Counted from the stretch's first letter, positions 10,245-20,875 are shown. The stretch: DNA of 64,000 bases from an uncultured Candidatus Saccharibacteria bacterium (GCA_964429815.1 CAYSCM010000003.1:29297-93296); one strand, 5' to 3'. Made by a program: numbers and translations. The notes: generated from the sequence alone by a model not told the origin.

Positions 10245-11300
10245 ATGAGCAAGGACTACTACCACATACTGGGCGTAGAAAAGGGCGCCTCGAAAGAGGA
10301 GATCAAAAAAGCGTTCCACAAGCTCGCGCACAAATATCACCCCGACAAGGGAAGCGGCGATGATGCCAAGTTTAAAGAAATAAGTGAAGCCTACGCCATA
10401 CTCTCAGATGACAAGAAGCGGGCCCAGTACGACGCGTACGGCTCTGTGGGAGGCCAAGGTGGGGCCGGGTTCGATTTCTCCGGGTTCCAAGGCTTTGGCG
10501 GGCAGGGGTTTGAGGGCATGGAGTTCGATTTGGGAGATATTTTTAGCGACTTTTTCGGCGGACGGTCCGCGCGGGAGCGCAGAGGGCGTGACATTTCGAT
10601 AGACATGGCGGTACCTTTTCGGGATTCGATTTTTGGCACGACTCGCAAGGTTCTTTTGACCAAGACCTCTGTCTGCGACCTGTGCGGCGGCTCCGGCGCC
10701 AGGAAGGGTTCCGCCTTGGTTTCTTGCACGACCTGCAACGGCAAGGGCACTATCCGTGAGACCAAAGCGTCCGTGCTTGGGACTTTTTCAACTACGTCGA
10801 CCTGCCGTACCTGCAATGGACGCGGAGAGCTCCCAAAAGAAAAATGCGAACGCTGCCATGGGGCAGGTGTGCGTCGCAAGGAAGAGGAGTTTACCATCGT
10901 CATTCCGACCGGCATCGACGACGGCGAAATGATCCGCCTTTCGGGAGCGGGCGAGGCGCTTGTGAGCGGAACCCCAGGGGATCTTTACGTGAAGGTTCAC
11001 GTGGAACCCGATCGCCGCTTTCGTAAGGACGGGCAGAATATCCACATGAGACTCCCCATCAAGCTCACGGAGGCACTTCTTGGCGGCAAGCATGACGTGG
11101 TCACGCTCGACGGCGTTATTACCGTCACCATTCCTTCGGGGATAGGAAGCGGGGAGCTATTACGCGTGCGCGGAAAAGGGGTCCCGTCGGGGAAAAATCG
11201 CCGCGGAGACCTTCTCATAGAGGTGTCTGTTCCCATGCCGGGAAAGCTTCCCCGCAAGGCAGTCGAGCTGATAGAGAAGCTGCGCGACGAGGGGTTGTAG
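10245..11300 (+). CDS. dnaJ: chaperone DnaJ
   Basis: J-domain (DYYHILGV...HPDK), a Gly/Phe region, and four CxxCxGxG zinc repeats. The start was placed at the ATG giving MSKDYY; the ORF track starts at 10194. Confidence 0.93.
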   Translation: MSKDYYHILGVEKGASKEEIKKAFHKLAHKYHPDKGSGDDAKFKEISEAYAILSDDKKRAQYDAYGSVGGQGGAGFDFSGFQGFGGQGFEGMEFDLGDIFSDFFGGRSARERRGRDISIDMAVPFRDSIFGTTRKVLLTKTSVCDLCGGSGARKGSALVSCTTCNGKGTIRETKASVLGTFSTTSTCRTCNGRGELPKEKCERCHGAGVRRKEEEFTIVIPTGIDDGEMIRLSGAGEALVSGTPGDLYVKVHVEPDRRFRKDGQNIHMRLPIKLTEALLGGKHDVVTLDGVITVTIPSGIGSGELLRVRGKGVPSGKNRRGDLLIEVSVPMPGKLPRKAVELIEKLRDEGL

Positions 11301-11404
11301 GCGAGACTGCGGCGCTTTGTGGGTAACTTCATTGCAACTTTTGCTTTTTTGTGTTGTTATTCTAAGCGGTACGTTCCGCAACAACCAAAGCAAGGGGTTC
11401 AGCA

Positions 11405-12157
11405 ATGACCACACTTCTTTTCCATCACGAGGGCCTCCTCGATGAGGGGGTCCTTCGGGCCGCCGCCGTGCGGCAAGTCGAAGGCTCACGTCTCATCAGT
11501 GCAGCTGCAACCGGCGATCGGAAGGCGATAAGCGCTCTTCACCGCGGCTTCTGGCCGTTCGTGAAGGGTTTCGAAGAAGTGATCGACAAGCGCGGCCGGG
11601 AACTCATTCAGCAGCGCAAGTCGCTCGCCGAGAAGTTTGGACACGAGGTGACACGCGATACGCTTTCTTCGCTCGCGCGTGCCCTCCGGCACATGAAAGC
11701 CGAGGAAGGCTCTCACGCTGCGACCTGGGCTGCCGATGCTCAGAGTCTCAAGATCAAAGACCTCAGCGGTCCGATCGCCGAGGGCGTTCAAGAGCTTCTC
11801 GACAGCGCCTCCAATTCGCAGCTATGGCGCCACTACTCCGTACTTGCGGGGACGGAGTATACCGCGGAAGGACTTTCCGCGCGCCTCTCCCGTCGCTCGC
11901 CTGCATTCGTGTCGGTTTTTCCAATCAAAAAGTGGCTGTGGGGTGAGGTCCACCTCTCTCCGCACGACCACGGGCCCTCGCATCGGCAGATCGATGAAGA
12001 TCTGGCGCGTGCACTGTGTGGTTTTGGCAACGATGAGGAGAGGAAATCGAAACTCGAGGGTGCTATCCTCGAGACCATCACCCTCTTCGGAAAGGCCGCA
12101 GACGACGTCTACGACCTGTATCTGAAGCCTCGGCCGCGCCTGCGGCTTGCTGCTTGA
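11405..12157 (+). CDS. hypothetical protein, possibly a heme-oxygenase-like all-alpha fold (TenA/PqqC/CADD-like)
   Basis: 250 aa, predicted helical. Spaced Glu/His residues (HRGFWPFVKGFEEV, EEGSHAATW). The family call is tentative. Confidence 0.35.
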   Translation: MTTLLFHHEGLLDEGVLRAAAVRQVEGSRLISAAATGDRKAISALHRGFWPFVKGFEEVIDKRGRELIQQRKSLAEKFGHEVTRDTLSSLARALRHMKAEEGSHAATWAADAQSLKIKDLSGPIAEGVQELLDSASNSQLWRHYSVLAGTEYTAEGLSARLSRRSPAFVSVFPIKKWLWGEVHLSPHDHGPSHRQIDEDLARALCGFGNDEERKSKLEGAILETITLFGKAADDVYDLYLKPRPRLRLAA

Positions 12158-12180
12158 GATCTCCTTGCTGAACTCCGCCA

Positions 12181-12216
12181 CGGCCAATGCACTCTGCGTT
12201 GGCCGTTTCTTTTTTG
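12181..12216 (+). terminator. intrinsic terminator
   Basis: CGGCCAA-(11-nt loop)-TTGGCCG followed by TTTCTTTTTTG. Confidence 0.6.
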
Positions 12217-12245
12217 TCTGATAGCCGCGGTACACTTATTCCTAT

Positions 12246-13877
12246 ATGGATCTTCGGGAGATTCTCTTGCTGGTGTTTGGACCAATAAATCTTGTTTTTG
12301 CGACGCTTGTCTATGTCCACAGCAACAAACGAGCAGTGGTTGCTTTCTACGCCCTCATATCCGTTTTTGCGAGCCTCTGGTCCTTTGCGACCCTCCTCAC
12401 TGGAATACCAAACCTTCCGCTCCGTTTCTTTTCCTATGCTCTCCACGCGCACTATATTTTTGGATACTTAGCGTACCTTTCCTTTTTTTGGTTCGCCCTC
12501 TACTATCCGCATCGATCTGCCCGGTCACTCCTTTTCCCTCTACTCTTAACCGCCGCTACCTTTGTATTTTTGGCACTCATACCGACCTCGTCCCTCATAT
12601 ACCAGAGTATTCACTCGGGGAAGGGGATTGCTGATCGTATCGCCTTTAATTTACCTGGTTACGCGGCATTTATTGTCATGCTTTCAGGCGTTTTTTTTGC
12701 TGGCTTACTTATTCTTCTAAGAAAATTTACTCGCACCACCAGGGAGGAGCGGTACCGAGAGTTCGACCCGTATCAAATTTATTTTGCCATTCTGGCGAAT
12801 TTCATCGCCGGGGTGCTGGGGATTACGTTTAATTTGCTTTTTCCGCTATACGGCGATTTCTCGCTTTTTTATGTTAATCCGATTCTTGTGACGTTTGCTC
12901 TCACTGCCATCGGCATTTACAACCTTCTCAAGTACAACCTCTTCAACGTGAAGGTTATCTTGACAGAGCTCTTTACCATTGCCATCTGGGTAATTTTTTT
13001 CCTGCGTATTGCTATCGCTCCCAGCGCACAAGAGCGAATTGCCAATATAGTTCTCCTTCTCGCGACCATCGTATTTGGTATTTTCCTCATCCGCAGCGTT
13101 CTTAAAGAGGTTCACGCACGCGAAGAGATCGAGCGACTCGCCAAAGACCTCGAAAAAGCAAACGCGCGTTTGCGTGAGCTCGATAAGCTAAAGAGCGAGT
13201 TCGTTTCTATTGCCTCTCATCAATTGCGGAGCCCTATTACGGCCATCCGCGGTTATGCTTCGCTCCTTTTGGAGGGATCCTTCGGCGCTGTTCCCGCTGG
13301 GATTAAGGAAGCGCTGGAGCGTATAGCTGAATCAAGCAAAAATATGGCACTATCGGTCGAAGATTTTCTTAATGTTTCTCGTATCGAGCAAGGAAGGATG
13401 AAGTACGAGATGAGCGAGTTTGATATGCGCGAAATGGTGGGGGAGGTCGTTGAAGAGCTTCGTCCCGTCATAGAGCAGAAGGGGCTTTCGATCGCCATCA
13501 AGCAAGATCAGGGAACGCACAAGGTGTTAGCGGACCCCGGAAAGATCAAGCAGGTCATCGGAAATCTCATAGATAATTCCGTCAAATATACGCCGAGGGG
13601 CTCCATCAGCATTGCTGTAGGTGCAGACAACCGGCGCGCCATGGTAATAACGTCTATCTCCGATACGGGGGTAGGTATGTCCAAGGCGACCCTCGGTAAG
13701 TTGTTCGATAAATTCACTCGCGCGGAAAACGCAAACGAGGTGAACGTTATGGGTACCGGGCTCGGGCTTTACGTTGCAAAGCAAATGGTCGAGGCGCATC
13801 GCGGCCGCATCATTGCAACTTCGCCCGGAGAGGGGAAGGGTTCGACCTTTACGGTGGAACTCCCTGCGAAGGGCTAG
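12246..13877 (+). CDS. sensor histidine kinase with a multi-pass membrane N-terminal domain
   Basis: About 7 predicted TM helices over 300 aa, then HisKA (SHQLRSPITAIRGYASLL) and HATPase_c (GTGLGLYVAKQMVEAHRGRI). There is no adjacent response regulator. Confidence 0.85.
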   Translation: MDLREILLLVFGPINLVFATLVYVHSNKRAVVAFYALISVFASLWSFATLLTGIPNLPLRFFSYALHAHYIFGYLAYLSFFWFALYYPHRSARSLLFPLLLTAATFVFLALIPTSSLIYQSIHSGKGIADRIAFNLPGYAAFIVMLSGVFFAGLLILLRKFTRTTREERYREFDPYQIYFAILANFIAGVLGITFNLLFPLYGDFSLFYVNPILVTFALTAIGIYNLLKYNLFNVKVILTELFTIAIWVIFFLRIAIAPSAQERIANIVLLLATIVFGIFLIRSVLKEVHAREEIERLAKDLEKANARLRELDKLKSEFVSIASHQLRSPITAIRGYASLLLEGSFGAVPAGIKEALERIAESSKNMALSVEDFLNVSRIEQGRMKYEMSEFDMREMVGEVVEELRPVIEQKGLSIAIKQDQGTHKVLADPGKIKQVIGNLIDNSVKYTPRGSISIAVGADNRRAMVITSISDTGVGMSKATLGKLFDKFTRAENANEVNVMGTGLGLYVAKQMVEAHRGRIIATSPGEGKGSTFTVELPAKG

Positions 13878-13917
13878 CTTCTCGAAAAACCCTTATTTTG
13901 CTAGACTTTTTCTCATG

Positions 13918-14859
13918 GCAGTAAAAGAGCGTGCCTTTACTGGTCTCAAACCAACCGGCAACCTCCATTTAGGTAACTATTTTGGCACCCTCAAGCAGGT
14001 TCTTGATACCTATTTGCATTACGAGACATTTTTGTGTGTTGTCGATTACCATGCACTTACAACCGTACGCGACTCATCGGCCTTACAGCGGGACATTGTA
14101 GATATGGCCCGTGATTATCTTGCCGCGGGTATTGATCCCGAAAAAGCAATCATCTTCCAGCAATCCCAAGTATCAGAGCACACCGAATTGGCGTGGGTTC
14201 TTGACTGTATCACTCCCGTATCGATGTTACAGTTGGCTCACGCTTACAAAGACGCCATTGCAAACGGCAAGGATGCTGATACAGGTCTTTTCACATACCC
14301 GGTACTCATGACGGCCGATATAGTCCTTTACGATACCGATGTGGTTCCAGTTGGGGAAGATCAGCGCCAGCACGTGGAGTATGCACGAGACATTGCTGGA
14401 AAGTTTAACCGCACCTTTGGAGAAACATTTAAGGAGCCGCGAGAGCAGATTTTAAAATCAGTAGCTGTTGTCCCGGGTACAGACGGTAGGAAAATGAGTA
14501 AAAGTTATAAAAATACTATTTACATTTCAGCTACCAAAGATCAAATTGCAGAGTCCGTAATGAGTATTATTACAGATTCAAAAGGTGATCGTCCTGAAAA
14601 TGTGTATGCCATACATAATCTTTTTAAATCTGAGAAGGAACTGGCCCCCATATACGAAAGCAATCGTGGCAACTATCAGGCATTGAAAAAGGTGCTTATC
14701 GAGGACATTGATGAGTATTTTGCACCCTTCAGGGAGCGACGGAACGCCATTACCGATACCGAAGTAAAAAAGGTGCTAGCCACGGGCTCAGAGAAAGCAC
14801 GGGCAATTGCATCGGCAAAAATGAAAACGGTTCGCGAACGCATCGGCGTAGCGCTATAG
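13918..14859 (+). CDS. trpS: tryptophanyl-tRNA synthetase
   Basis: Internal ATG giving MAVKERAFTGLKPTGNLHLGNY (the HIGH region) and KMSKS (GRKMSKSYKNTI). Confidence 0.9.
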   Translation, partial: AVKERAFTGLKPTGNLHLGNYFGTLKQVLDTYLHYETFLCVVDYHALTTVRDSSALQRDIVDMARDYLAAGIDPEKAIIFQQSQVSEHTELAWVLDCITPVSMLQLAHAYKDAIANGKDADTGLFTYPVLMTADIVLYDTDVVPVGEDQRQHVEYARDIAGKFNRTFGETFKEPREQILKSVAVVPGTDGRKMSKSYKNTIYISATKDQIAESVMSIITDSKGDRPENVYAIHNLFKSEKELAPIYESNRGNYQALKKVLIEDIDEYFAPFRERRNAITDTEVKKVLATGSEKARAIASAKMKTVRERIGVAL

Positions 14860-14862
14860 AAT

Positions 14863-16143
14863 ATGGCACGAACGCTTATACAAAACCTCAAAGAACGCGC
14901 AGGGCAGGAGGTAACCATCGCTGGGTGGATCGATGTACGTCGGGATCAGGGGAAAATGATTTTTTTTAATTTTCGTGACCGCTCTGGGAAAGTACAAGGA
15001 GTTGTGCTCCCGAAAAGCGCGGCGATGGAGGTGGCAAAGGACATTCGCAACGAATTTGTCGTTGAGGCAACTGGGCGTGTAAACATGCGTCCCGAGAAAA
15101 ATATTAATCCTGAGGTGCCAAACGGCGATATCGAGCTTGAGGTTCAGGGTTTAATTCTTCTCTCAAAGGCCGAGGTTCCTTTCGAGCTTAACGCGGACGT
15201 GAATATTGATACCTACCTTGATCATCAGCCCTATACGCTACGCAGTGAGAAAGCAAGGCGCGTTTTCAAACTTCAAGAACTCATTATCGAGGGATTCCGG
15301 GAAGGAATGCGGAGGCAAGATTTCACTGAATTTCAGGCACCAGCCCTTGCGGGAGCTGATGCGGAGGGCGGCGCAGCGGCCTTTGAAGTGTCGTACTACT
15401 ACGACCGCAAAGCCTACCTGGCAACGTCACCGCAACTCTATAAGCAAATAATGGTCGGCGTGTTCGAGAGAGCTTTTGCGACTCCAAAGGTATTTCGTGG
15501 TGAAAAGCACGCAACGACGCGGCATCTTTCCGAGTATAGCTCTATGGATTTTGAAATGGGCTTTATAAAGGATCACACCGAGGTCATGGCAGCTCTTGAG
15601 AACACCATGCGACACATCGTTCATAAATCCGGCCTCCCGGTGATGCTTCCGACTGCTTTTCCCATACTCAAGTTACGAGAGGCCCAAAAGATTCTGGGAG
15701 TATCCATGGAGGCACCCGATCTTGAGCCAGAACACGAGCGCGCTCTGTGTGAATGGGCCTCCAAAGAACATGGCTCCGACTTTATTTTTGTCACGCACTA
15801 TCCGATGAGTAAGCGTCCCTTCTATACCTACGAGGACGAGAGTGACCCTGGTTACTCAAAAAGTTTTGATCTACTATTTCGTGGCCTTGAAATCTCTACA
15901 GGCGGACAACGTATCCACCACTACGATGAGTTGATTGAGAAGGTGAGGGCACGGGGCCTCGATCCAGAGAAATTTGGCTTTTACCTGGAAGCCTTTAGGG
16001 TTGGCATGCCCCCTCATGGTGGTTCTGCTACAGGTCTTGAGCGCTTAACGGCGCGAATGCTTAATCTTCCAAACGTCAAAGAAGCGACGCTCTTTCCGCG
16101 CGATCTTACAAGAATCGACCGCCTCCTCTCACAGGGGGAGTAG
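14863..16143 (+). CDS. aspS: aspartyl-tRNA synthetase, archaeal/eukaryal-type class IIb (probably non-discriminating)
   Basis: 426 aa. OB-fold N-terminus. Motif 3 reads FRGLEISTGGQRIHHYDEL...YLEAFRVGMPPHGGSATGLERL, which matches the short AspRS2 type rather than the bacterial 590-aa type. Confidence 0.7.
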   Translation: MARTLIQNLKERAGQEVTIAGWIDVRRDQGKMIFFNFRDRSGKVQGVVLPKSAAMEVAKDIRNEFVVEATGRVNMRPEKNINPEVPNGDIELEVQGLILLSKAEVPFELNADVNIDTYLDHQPYTLRSEKARRVFKLQELIIEGFREGMRRQDFTEFQAPALAGADAEGGAAAFEVSYYYDRKAYLATSPQLYKQIMVGVFERAFATPKVFRGEKHATTRHLSEYSSMDFEMGFIKDHTEVMAALENTMRHIVHKSGLPVMLPTAFPILKLREAQKILGVSMEAPDLEPEHERALCEWASKEHGSDFIFVTHYPMSKRPFYTYEDESDPGYSKSFDLLFRGLEISTGGQRIHHYDELIEKVRARGLDPEKFGFYLEAFRVGMPPHGGSATGLERLTARMLNLPNVKEATLFPRDLTRIDRLLSQGE

Positions 16144-16144
16144 T

Positions 16145-16867
16145 ATGGCCTTTGTTGCAAAAACCTCGAGCTTCGAAGGACCCCTTGACTTGCTCCTTTC
16201 GCTCATAGAAAAGCGAAAACTTCTTATCAATGAGATCTCGCTTGCCAAGGTCGCAGATGATTTTATCGTCTACGTCCAGTCCCATCGGGAATTTCCACTC
16301 GGTGAAACCGCACACTTCATTCTTATCGCGTCGACTCTTCTCCTCATAAAATCAAAATCGCTTCTTCCGAACCTCGAGCTTTCTGTGGAGGAATCCGCCG
16401 ATGTCGCCTCGCTTGAGAAGCGCCTGCGCGCTTATCAGCGCATCAAAGAGCTTAGCCATGCCATCGCGACTCGATACGGAGCAAAGCCGCTCTACCCGCG
16501 CACGGTGTATCTCGACAGGGCGGTCGTTTTCGCACCCGACCGTCGCACCTCCGGAACATTCATGCTCGAGAGCGTCCGCAACGTTCTCAAGGCGCTCCCA
16601 GTGCTCGTCGAACTTCCCAAAGCTATTGTTAAAAAAGTCGTGAGTCTTGAGGAGATGATAGAGCGGCTTGGAAAACGTATTTCGGATTCACTCCAGCTTT
16701 CTTTCAGGGAATTTGCCGAAGTGGGGAAGGTTGAAAAAGTGAATGTCATCGTGAGCTTCCTTGCCTTGCTTGAACTCGTCAAGCAGGGGACGATCTCGGT
16801 CTTGCAGGATGAGCATTTCGAAGACATAGCCATCGCGTCGGGAGTGGTCGGGACGCCAAAATATTGA
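16145..16867 (+). CDS. scpA: segregation and condensation protein A
   Basis: N-terminal FEGPLDLLLSLIEKRKLLINEISLAKVADDF is the ScpA signature. Confidence 0.85.
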   Translation: MAFVAKTSSFEGPLDLLLSLIEKRKLLINEISLAKVADDFIVYVQSHREFPLGETAHFILIASTLLLIKSKSLLPNLELSVEESADVASLEKRLRAYQRIKELSHAIATRYGAKPLYPRTVYLDRAVVFAPDRRTSGTFMLESVRNVLKALPVLVELPKAIVKKVVSLEEMIERLGKRISDSLQLSFREFAEVGKVEKVNVIVSFLALLELVKQGTISVLQDEHFEDIAIASGVVGTPKY

Positions 16868-16881
16868 TACATAAACGAAAA

Positions 16882-16912
16882 GGGGCGCCTAGTGATGCGC
16901 CCCTCTCATCAC
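16882..16912 (+). terminator. hairpin after scpA
   Basis: GGGGCGC-(8-nt loop)-GCGCCCC, then a CCTTTTCC stretch. Confidence 0.4.
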
Positions 16913-17160
16913 CTTTTCCATTTCCTTGAAGAGGCGGATTTCCTCGCCCGGGCTCGGAGTGTTGGAGCTGGTGATCGACGAGCGGTATGCCCGTCGTGTG
17001 CGAAAGCTTATAACTTTTGCCGGAACTGCCCGTCGACGAGCAGTTTTTCTTTTGCGCGCCATGGCAACTCTCCATTCATCTCGTTCTAACATATCATATT
17101 TCAAGGGTTTGTCAATAAGACGCTGTGCAAAACTCGCCTTAATTGCTAGAATTTCGAGCG

Positions 17161-17730
17161 ATGACACTCGAGGCGAAAATCGAGGCTGTGTTGTTTTTCA
17201 AGGGGGGACCCGTTTCTCGGGTTTTTTTGGCAAGACAACTTTCCACAGACCTATCGGCGATAGATGCCGCAGTTGAGGCCCTTGTAGCTTCTCTGAAAGG
17301 ACGCGGGATATTGCTTGTGCGCAAGGACGACGAAATCGAACTGCGCACTGCCCCGGGAGCGAGCGCCCTCATCGAAAAAATACAGCGAGAGGAGCTTGAG
17401 CGTGATTTGTCGAAAGCTTCTCTCGAGACGCTCTCTATCATCCTTTACCGCAGCCCCATCACGCGAGCCGATATTGATTTTATTCGCGGCGTTAATTCGA
17501 CGTTCATTCTCCGTTCGCTCCTGGTGCGCGGTCTTATTGAGCGTGTATCCGATCCTAAGGATGAGCGAAAATTTTTATACCGTCCGACCTTTGACCTTCT
17601 CTCACATCTCGGCATATCGAGCGTACAGGACCTCCCTGAGTATCAAGCCGTCATATCTGAGTTCGAAAATTTCGAGGCAAAAGCTCAGGCGCTTAATTCT
17701 GCACACGATGAGAGTGAAGAAGATAAATAA
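17161..17730 (+). CDS. scpB: segregation and condensation protein B
   Basis: Tandem winged-helix domains (IEAVLFFKGGPVS, ETLSIILYRSPITRADID). The start was placed at the ATG after the TTG ORF start at 17143. Confidence 0.85.
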   Translation: MTLEAKIEAVLFFKGGPVSRVFLARQLSTDLSAIDAAVEALVASLKGRGILLVRKDDEIELRTAPGASALIEKIQREELERDLSKASLETLSIILYRSPITRADIDFIRGVNSTFILRSLLVRGLIERVSDPKDERKFLYRPTFDLLSHLGISSVQDLPEYQAVISEFENFEAKAQALNSAHDESEEDK

Positions 17731-18658
17731 TGTATCGATAGTGACCGTCTCGTTTGTCGTCCTAGGTATGCTCCTGTTTAGTTTCGCATTCATTCATGTG
17801 CGGATAACAATGCCCGCCCGTCCGGCTCATTCCGATGGTGCATCGGTTACAGCTCCGCAAGCAACCTCCACATCGATGCTCGGTAATGTCGATATAGATG
17901 CAAAGGCGGCGTACGTTTTCGATCTCCAAAGCGGGATGGTTTTGTACGCAAAGAATGAAACGGCCCAATTGCCCCTCGCATCGCTCACCAAGCTCATGAG
18001 CTCCTTGGTCGTTTCTTCGATGCTCTCACCACAGGCGCTCACATCGATTTCTCACCAAAATGTTTCCTTAGAAGGAGGATACGGCCTTAAGGAAGGAGAA
18101 GCCTATCGCGTCCGCGATCTTCTTTCGTACTCCCTCACTGCTTCATCGAATAGCGCCATGCAGGCGCTCGCCAACGCGGCGCTTTCGCAGCAGCATGACG
18201 CTCAAATGTTTATCGATCTTATGAACGCGCGCGCGAAGAAATTAGGCCTCGCGCAGACATACTTTATGAATGAAACCGGCCTCGACCCTAGCGCGACCGT
18301 GAGCGGCGGCTATGGTTCAGCCCGTGATATCGCTCTTCTTCTCTCGGATATTCTGCTTCACAACGGAGCGCTCCTTGAGTCGACGACCAAGGAAACAGTG
18401 ACTATCGAGGGCAATGCCGCCGGAACCCCGGTCTCGCACACCGCAAAAAACACTGATGAGGTGCTCGGCGCTATCCCAGGGCTTATCGGGGGGAAGACCG
18501 GCTATACCGATCTTGCGGGCGGCAACCTCGCTGTTGCGTTCGATGTTGGGCTTCATCATCCGGTGGTAGCAGTGGTGCTAGGCTCGTCCCAAGATGGGCG
18601 TTTTACGGACATGCTTAAAATAGTTCAGTCGATCAACGCCTACATTTCTCACAATTAG
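17708..18658 (+). CDS. D-alanyl-D-alanine carboxypeptidase (peptidase S11 / PBP5-like)
   Basis: SxxK (ASLTK), SxN (SSNSA) and KTG (GGKTGYT) motifs, with an N-terminal signal/anchor. The real gene is the 3' two-thirds of the 17315 ORF; the start overlaps the end of scpB. Confidence 0.75.
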   Translation: MRVKKINNVSIVTVSFVVLGMLLFSFAFIHVRITMPARPAHSDGASVTAPQATSTSMLGNVDIDAKAAYVFDLQSGMVLYAKNETAQLPLASLTKLMSSLVVSSMLSPQALTSISHQNVSLEGGYGLKEGEAYRVRDLLSYSLTASSNSAMQALANAALSQQHDAQMFIDLMNARAKKLGLAQTYFMNETGLDPSATVSGGYGSARDIALLLSDILLHNGALLESTTKETVTIEGNAAGTPVSHTAKNTDEVLGAIPGLIGGKTGYTDLAGGNLAVAFDVGLHHPVVAVVLGSSQDGRFTDMLKIVQSINAYISHN

Positions 18659-18660
18659 CC

Positions 18661-19749
18661 ATGTTCCAACTCGCCGATATCGTCAAAGTCATTACCCCGA
18701 CCGCACTTGCGTTCTTTATCGGAGTAAGCCTCACGCCGCTTCTTACGCACTATCTCTATAAGCACAAGGCGTGGAAAAAAAAGGCAGGAAAGCTTGCGAT
18801 CGACGGCACGGTCGCAGCCGTCTTCAGTGAGCTTCACAAGGACAAGGAGGTCGGGACGCCGCGAATGGGCGGCATTGTCGTGTGGGGAAGTGCCGTCATC
18901 GTCATTGTCGGTTTCTATCTTCTAGCTATCGCGTTTCCTTCGACAAGTTTTACCAAACTGAGTTTTCTGAGCCGAAACCAGACGTGGCTGCCGCTTTTCA
19001 GCCTTATTTCCGGAGCCCTTGTTGGTTTTATCGACGATCTTCTCGAAATACGAGGGAGTCGTGACTATCGCGCTGGAGGGCTTTCGTTGCGCAAACGGCT
19101 TCTCATTGTGGGTGCGATTTCTGCCGGGGTCGGCTGGTGGCTCTACATTAAACTCGGCATTGCGACGCTAGCGCTCCCATTCCTTCCGGACGTGCACGTC
19201 GGCGCTTTTATAGTCCCTGTGTACATGTTCGTCGCCCTTTCGATTTACAGCAGTGGAATAATAGACGGCATCGATGGACTTTCCGCTGGAGTTTTTGCGG
19301 CTATCTTTTCCGCCTATGCCGGTATCGCGTTTTTCAATAATCAGCTTGATCTTGCGGCTTTTTCGGCCATGTTGGTCGGATCACTTCTCGCTTTCTTGTG
19401 GTTTAACATTCCGCCTGCGCGCTTCTATATGACCGAAACCGGCATGATGGCTCTTACGCTTACCCTTGCGACCATTGCGTTCCTCACGGACACCCTTGGC
19501 GGCGGGGTGGGGGTAGCAGTCCTTCCCATCATCGGATTTCCCCTCGTCGTCACCGTGTTGTCGGTGGTACTTCAAATGGCATCGAAAAAGTTTCGCGGAA
19601 AAAAACTATTCCTCGTTTCTCCCATTCACCATCACTTTGAGGCCATCGGCTGGCCTTCCCACAAGGTGACCATGCGTTATTGGGTCATCTCCATTATTTT
19701 CGCGTTTCTCGGGATGGTGCTCTCTCTTATTGGCAAGCCGCTCCTATGA
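18661..19749 (+). CDS. mraY: phospho-N-acetylmuramoyl-pentapeptide transferase
   Basis: KEVGTPRMGGIV and IDGIDGLSAGV motifs; a polytopic membrane protein. Confidence 0.92.
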   Translation: MFQLADIVKVITPTALAFFIGVSLTPLLTHYLYKHKAWKKKAGKLAIDGTVAAVFSELHKDKEVGTPRMGGIVVWGSAVIVIVGFYLLAIAFPSTSFTKLSFLSRNQTWLPLFSLISGALVGFIDDLLEIRGSRDYRAGGLSLRKRLLIVGAISAGVGWWLYIKLGIATLALPFLPDVHVGAFIVPVYMFVALSIYSSGIIDGIDGLSAGVFAAIFSAYAGIAFFNNQLDLAAFSAMLVGSLLAFLWFNIPPARFYMTETGMMALTLTLATIAFLTDTLGGGVGVAVLPIIGFPLVVTVLSVVLQMASKKFRGKKLFLVSPIHHHFEAIGWPSHKVTMRYWVISIIFAFLGMVLSLIGKPLL

Positions 19750-20840
19750 CGAAGCGTCTCGACACGACGTTTCTTCTTACAACGATCGTCCTTCTTACCG
19801 GGGGGTTTTTTATTTTTATGTCCGCTTCGCTAGGTCTTCTGACACGCGATGGCGCAAGCTTTTCTTCCGTCGCCGCGAGCCAAATCCTGCTCGGTGCAGG
19901 CGTGGGCGCGCTGGGGATGTTCGGGCTTTCTCGCATTCATTACAAGAATTTTAGGCGATTTGCGCTGCCGTTTTTCATCGTTGCCTGTCTAATCTCTGTT
20001 CTCGTGTTCGTGCCGGGGATCGGTGCAAAATTCGGCGGTGCACACTCCTGGATACTCCTTGGCCCCATCTCGTTCCAACCGGCAGAACTTTTAAAGTTTG
20101 CCTACATTGTCGTTCTTTCCGCGTTCCTTGCTAATCCCGACAGAGGCCAGCGAGAGCAGTTTTATAAATTCGCGATCTTCAGCGGTATAACCCTAGTCGC
20201 AATACTCCTCCTTGCCCTTGAGCCAAACATCGGGACCGCCATGGTGTTGGCGCTCGCGGGAGTTTCGGTACTTTTTGCATCGGGTGCCAGCATGCGCTAC
20301 ATCGCGCTTATGGGAATCACCGTCATTACTATTCTCATTGTGTACGTTTCTATATTTTCCCATGCGTTTGCGCGCATAAAGACCTACCTTGACCCATCCG
20401 CCGATCCTCAAGGTTCCGGATATCAGATACAGCAGGCGCTTATCGCCGTTGGTTCCGGAGAGCTCTTTGGTCGAGGATTCGGACAGAGCTTGCAAAAATT
20501 CAACCACCTGCCGGAGCCGATAGGGGACTCTATATTCGCGGTATTCGCGGAAGAATTTGGATTTGTCGGCTCTTTGGTACTTTTGGTGCTGTTTGTTCTT
20601 TTTGCACTTCGCGGTTTTCGCATTGCGGCACGCGCTCCCGATCGCTTTGGGGCCCTTCTGGTGGTTGGATTCATTTCTCTTATACTCGTGCAATCGCTTA
20701 CCAATATTGCGGCGGTGCTTGGGGTGCTTCCACTCACCGGGCTTCCGCTTATTTTCATAAGCCACGGCGGTTCGGCGCTCCTCTTCGCGCTTCTTGAGGT
20801 AGGTGTTATACTCTCAGTTTCCCGTTTTGCCAAGGTTTAA
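19746..20840 (+). CDS. ftsW: SEDS-family peptidoglycan glycosyltransferase (FtsW/RodA)
   Basis: ATGA overlap with mraY. 10-TM SEDS topology with a PEPIGDSIFAVFAEEFGF motif. Confidence 0.85.
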   Translation: MTKRLDTTFLLTTIVLLTGGFFIFMSASLGLLTRDGASFSSVAASQILLGAGVGALGMFGLSRIHYKNFRRFALPFFIVACLISVLVFVPGIGAKFGGAHSWILLGPISFQPAELLKFAYIVVLSAFLANPDRGQREQFYKFAIFSGITLVAILLLALEPNIGTAMVLALAGVSVLFASGASMRYIALMGITVITILIVYVSIFSHAFARIKTYLDPSADPQGSGYQIQQALIAVGSGELFGRGFGQSLQKFNHLPEPIGDSIFAVFAEEFGFVGSLVLLVLFVLFALRGFRIAARAPDRFGALLVVGFISLILVQSLTNIAAVLGVLPLTGLPLIFISHGGSALLFALLEVGVILSVSRFAKV

Positions 20841-20875
20841 GCCCTGAAACCCGCAATTGGTGCTATACTTTTTGC

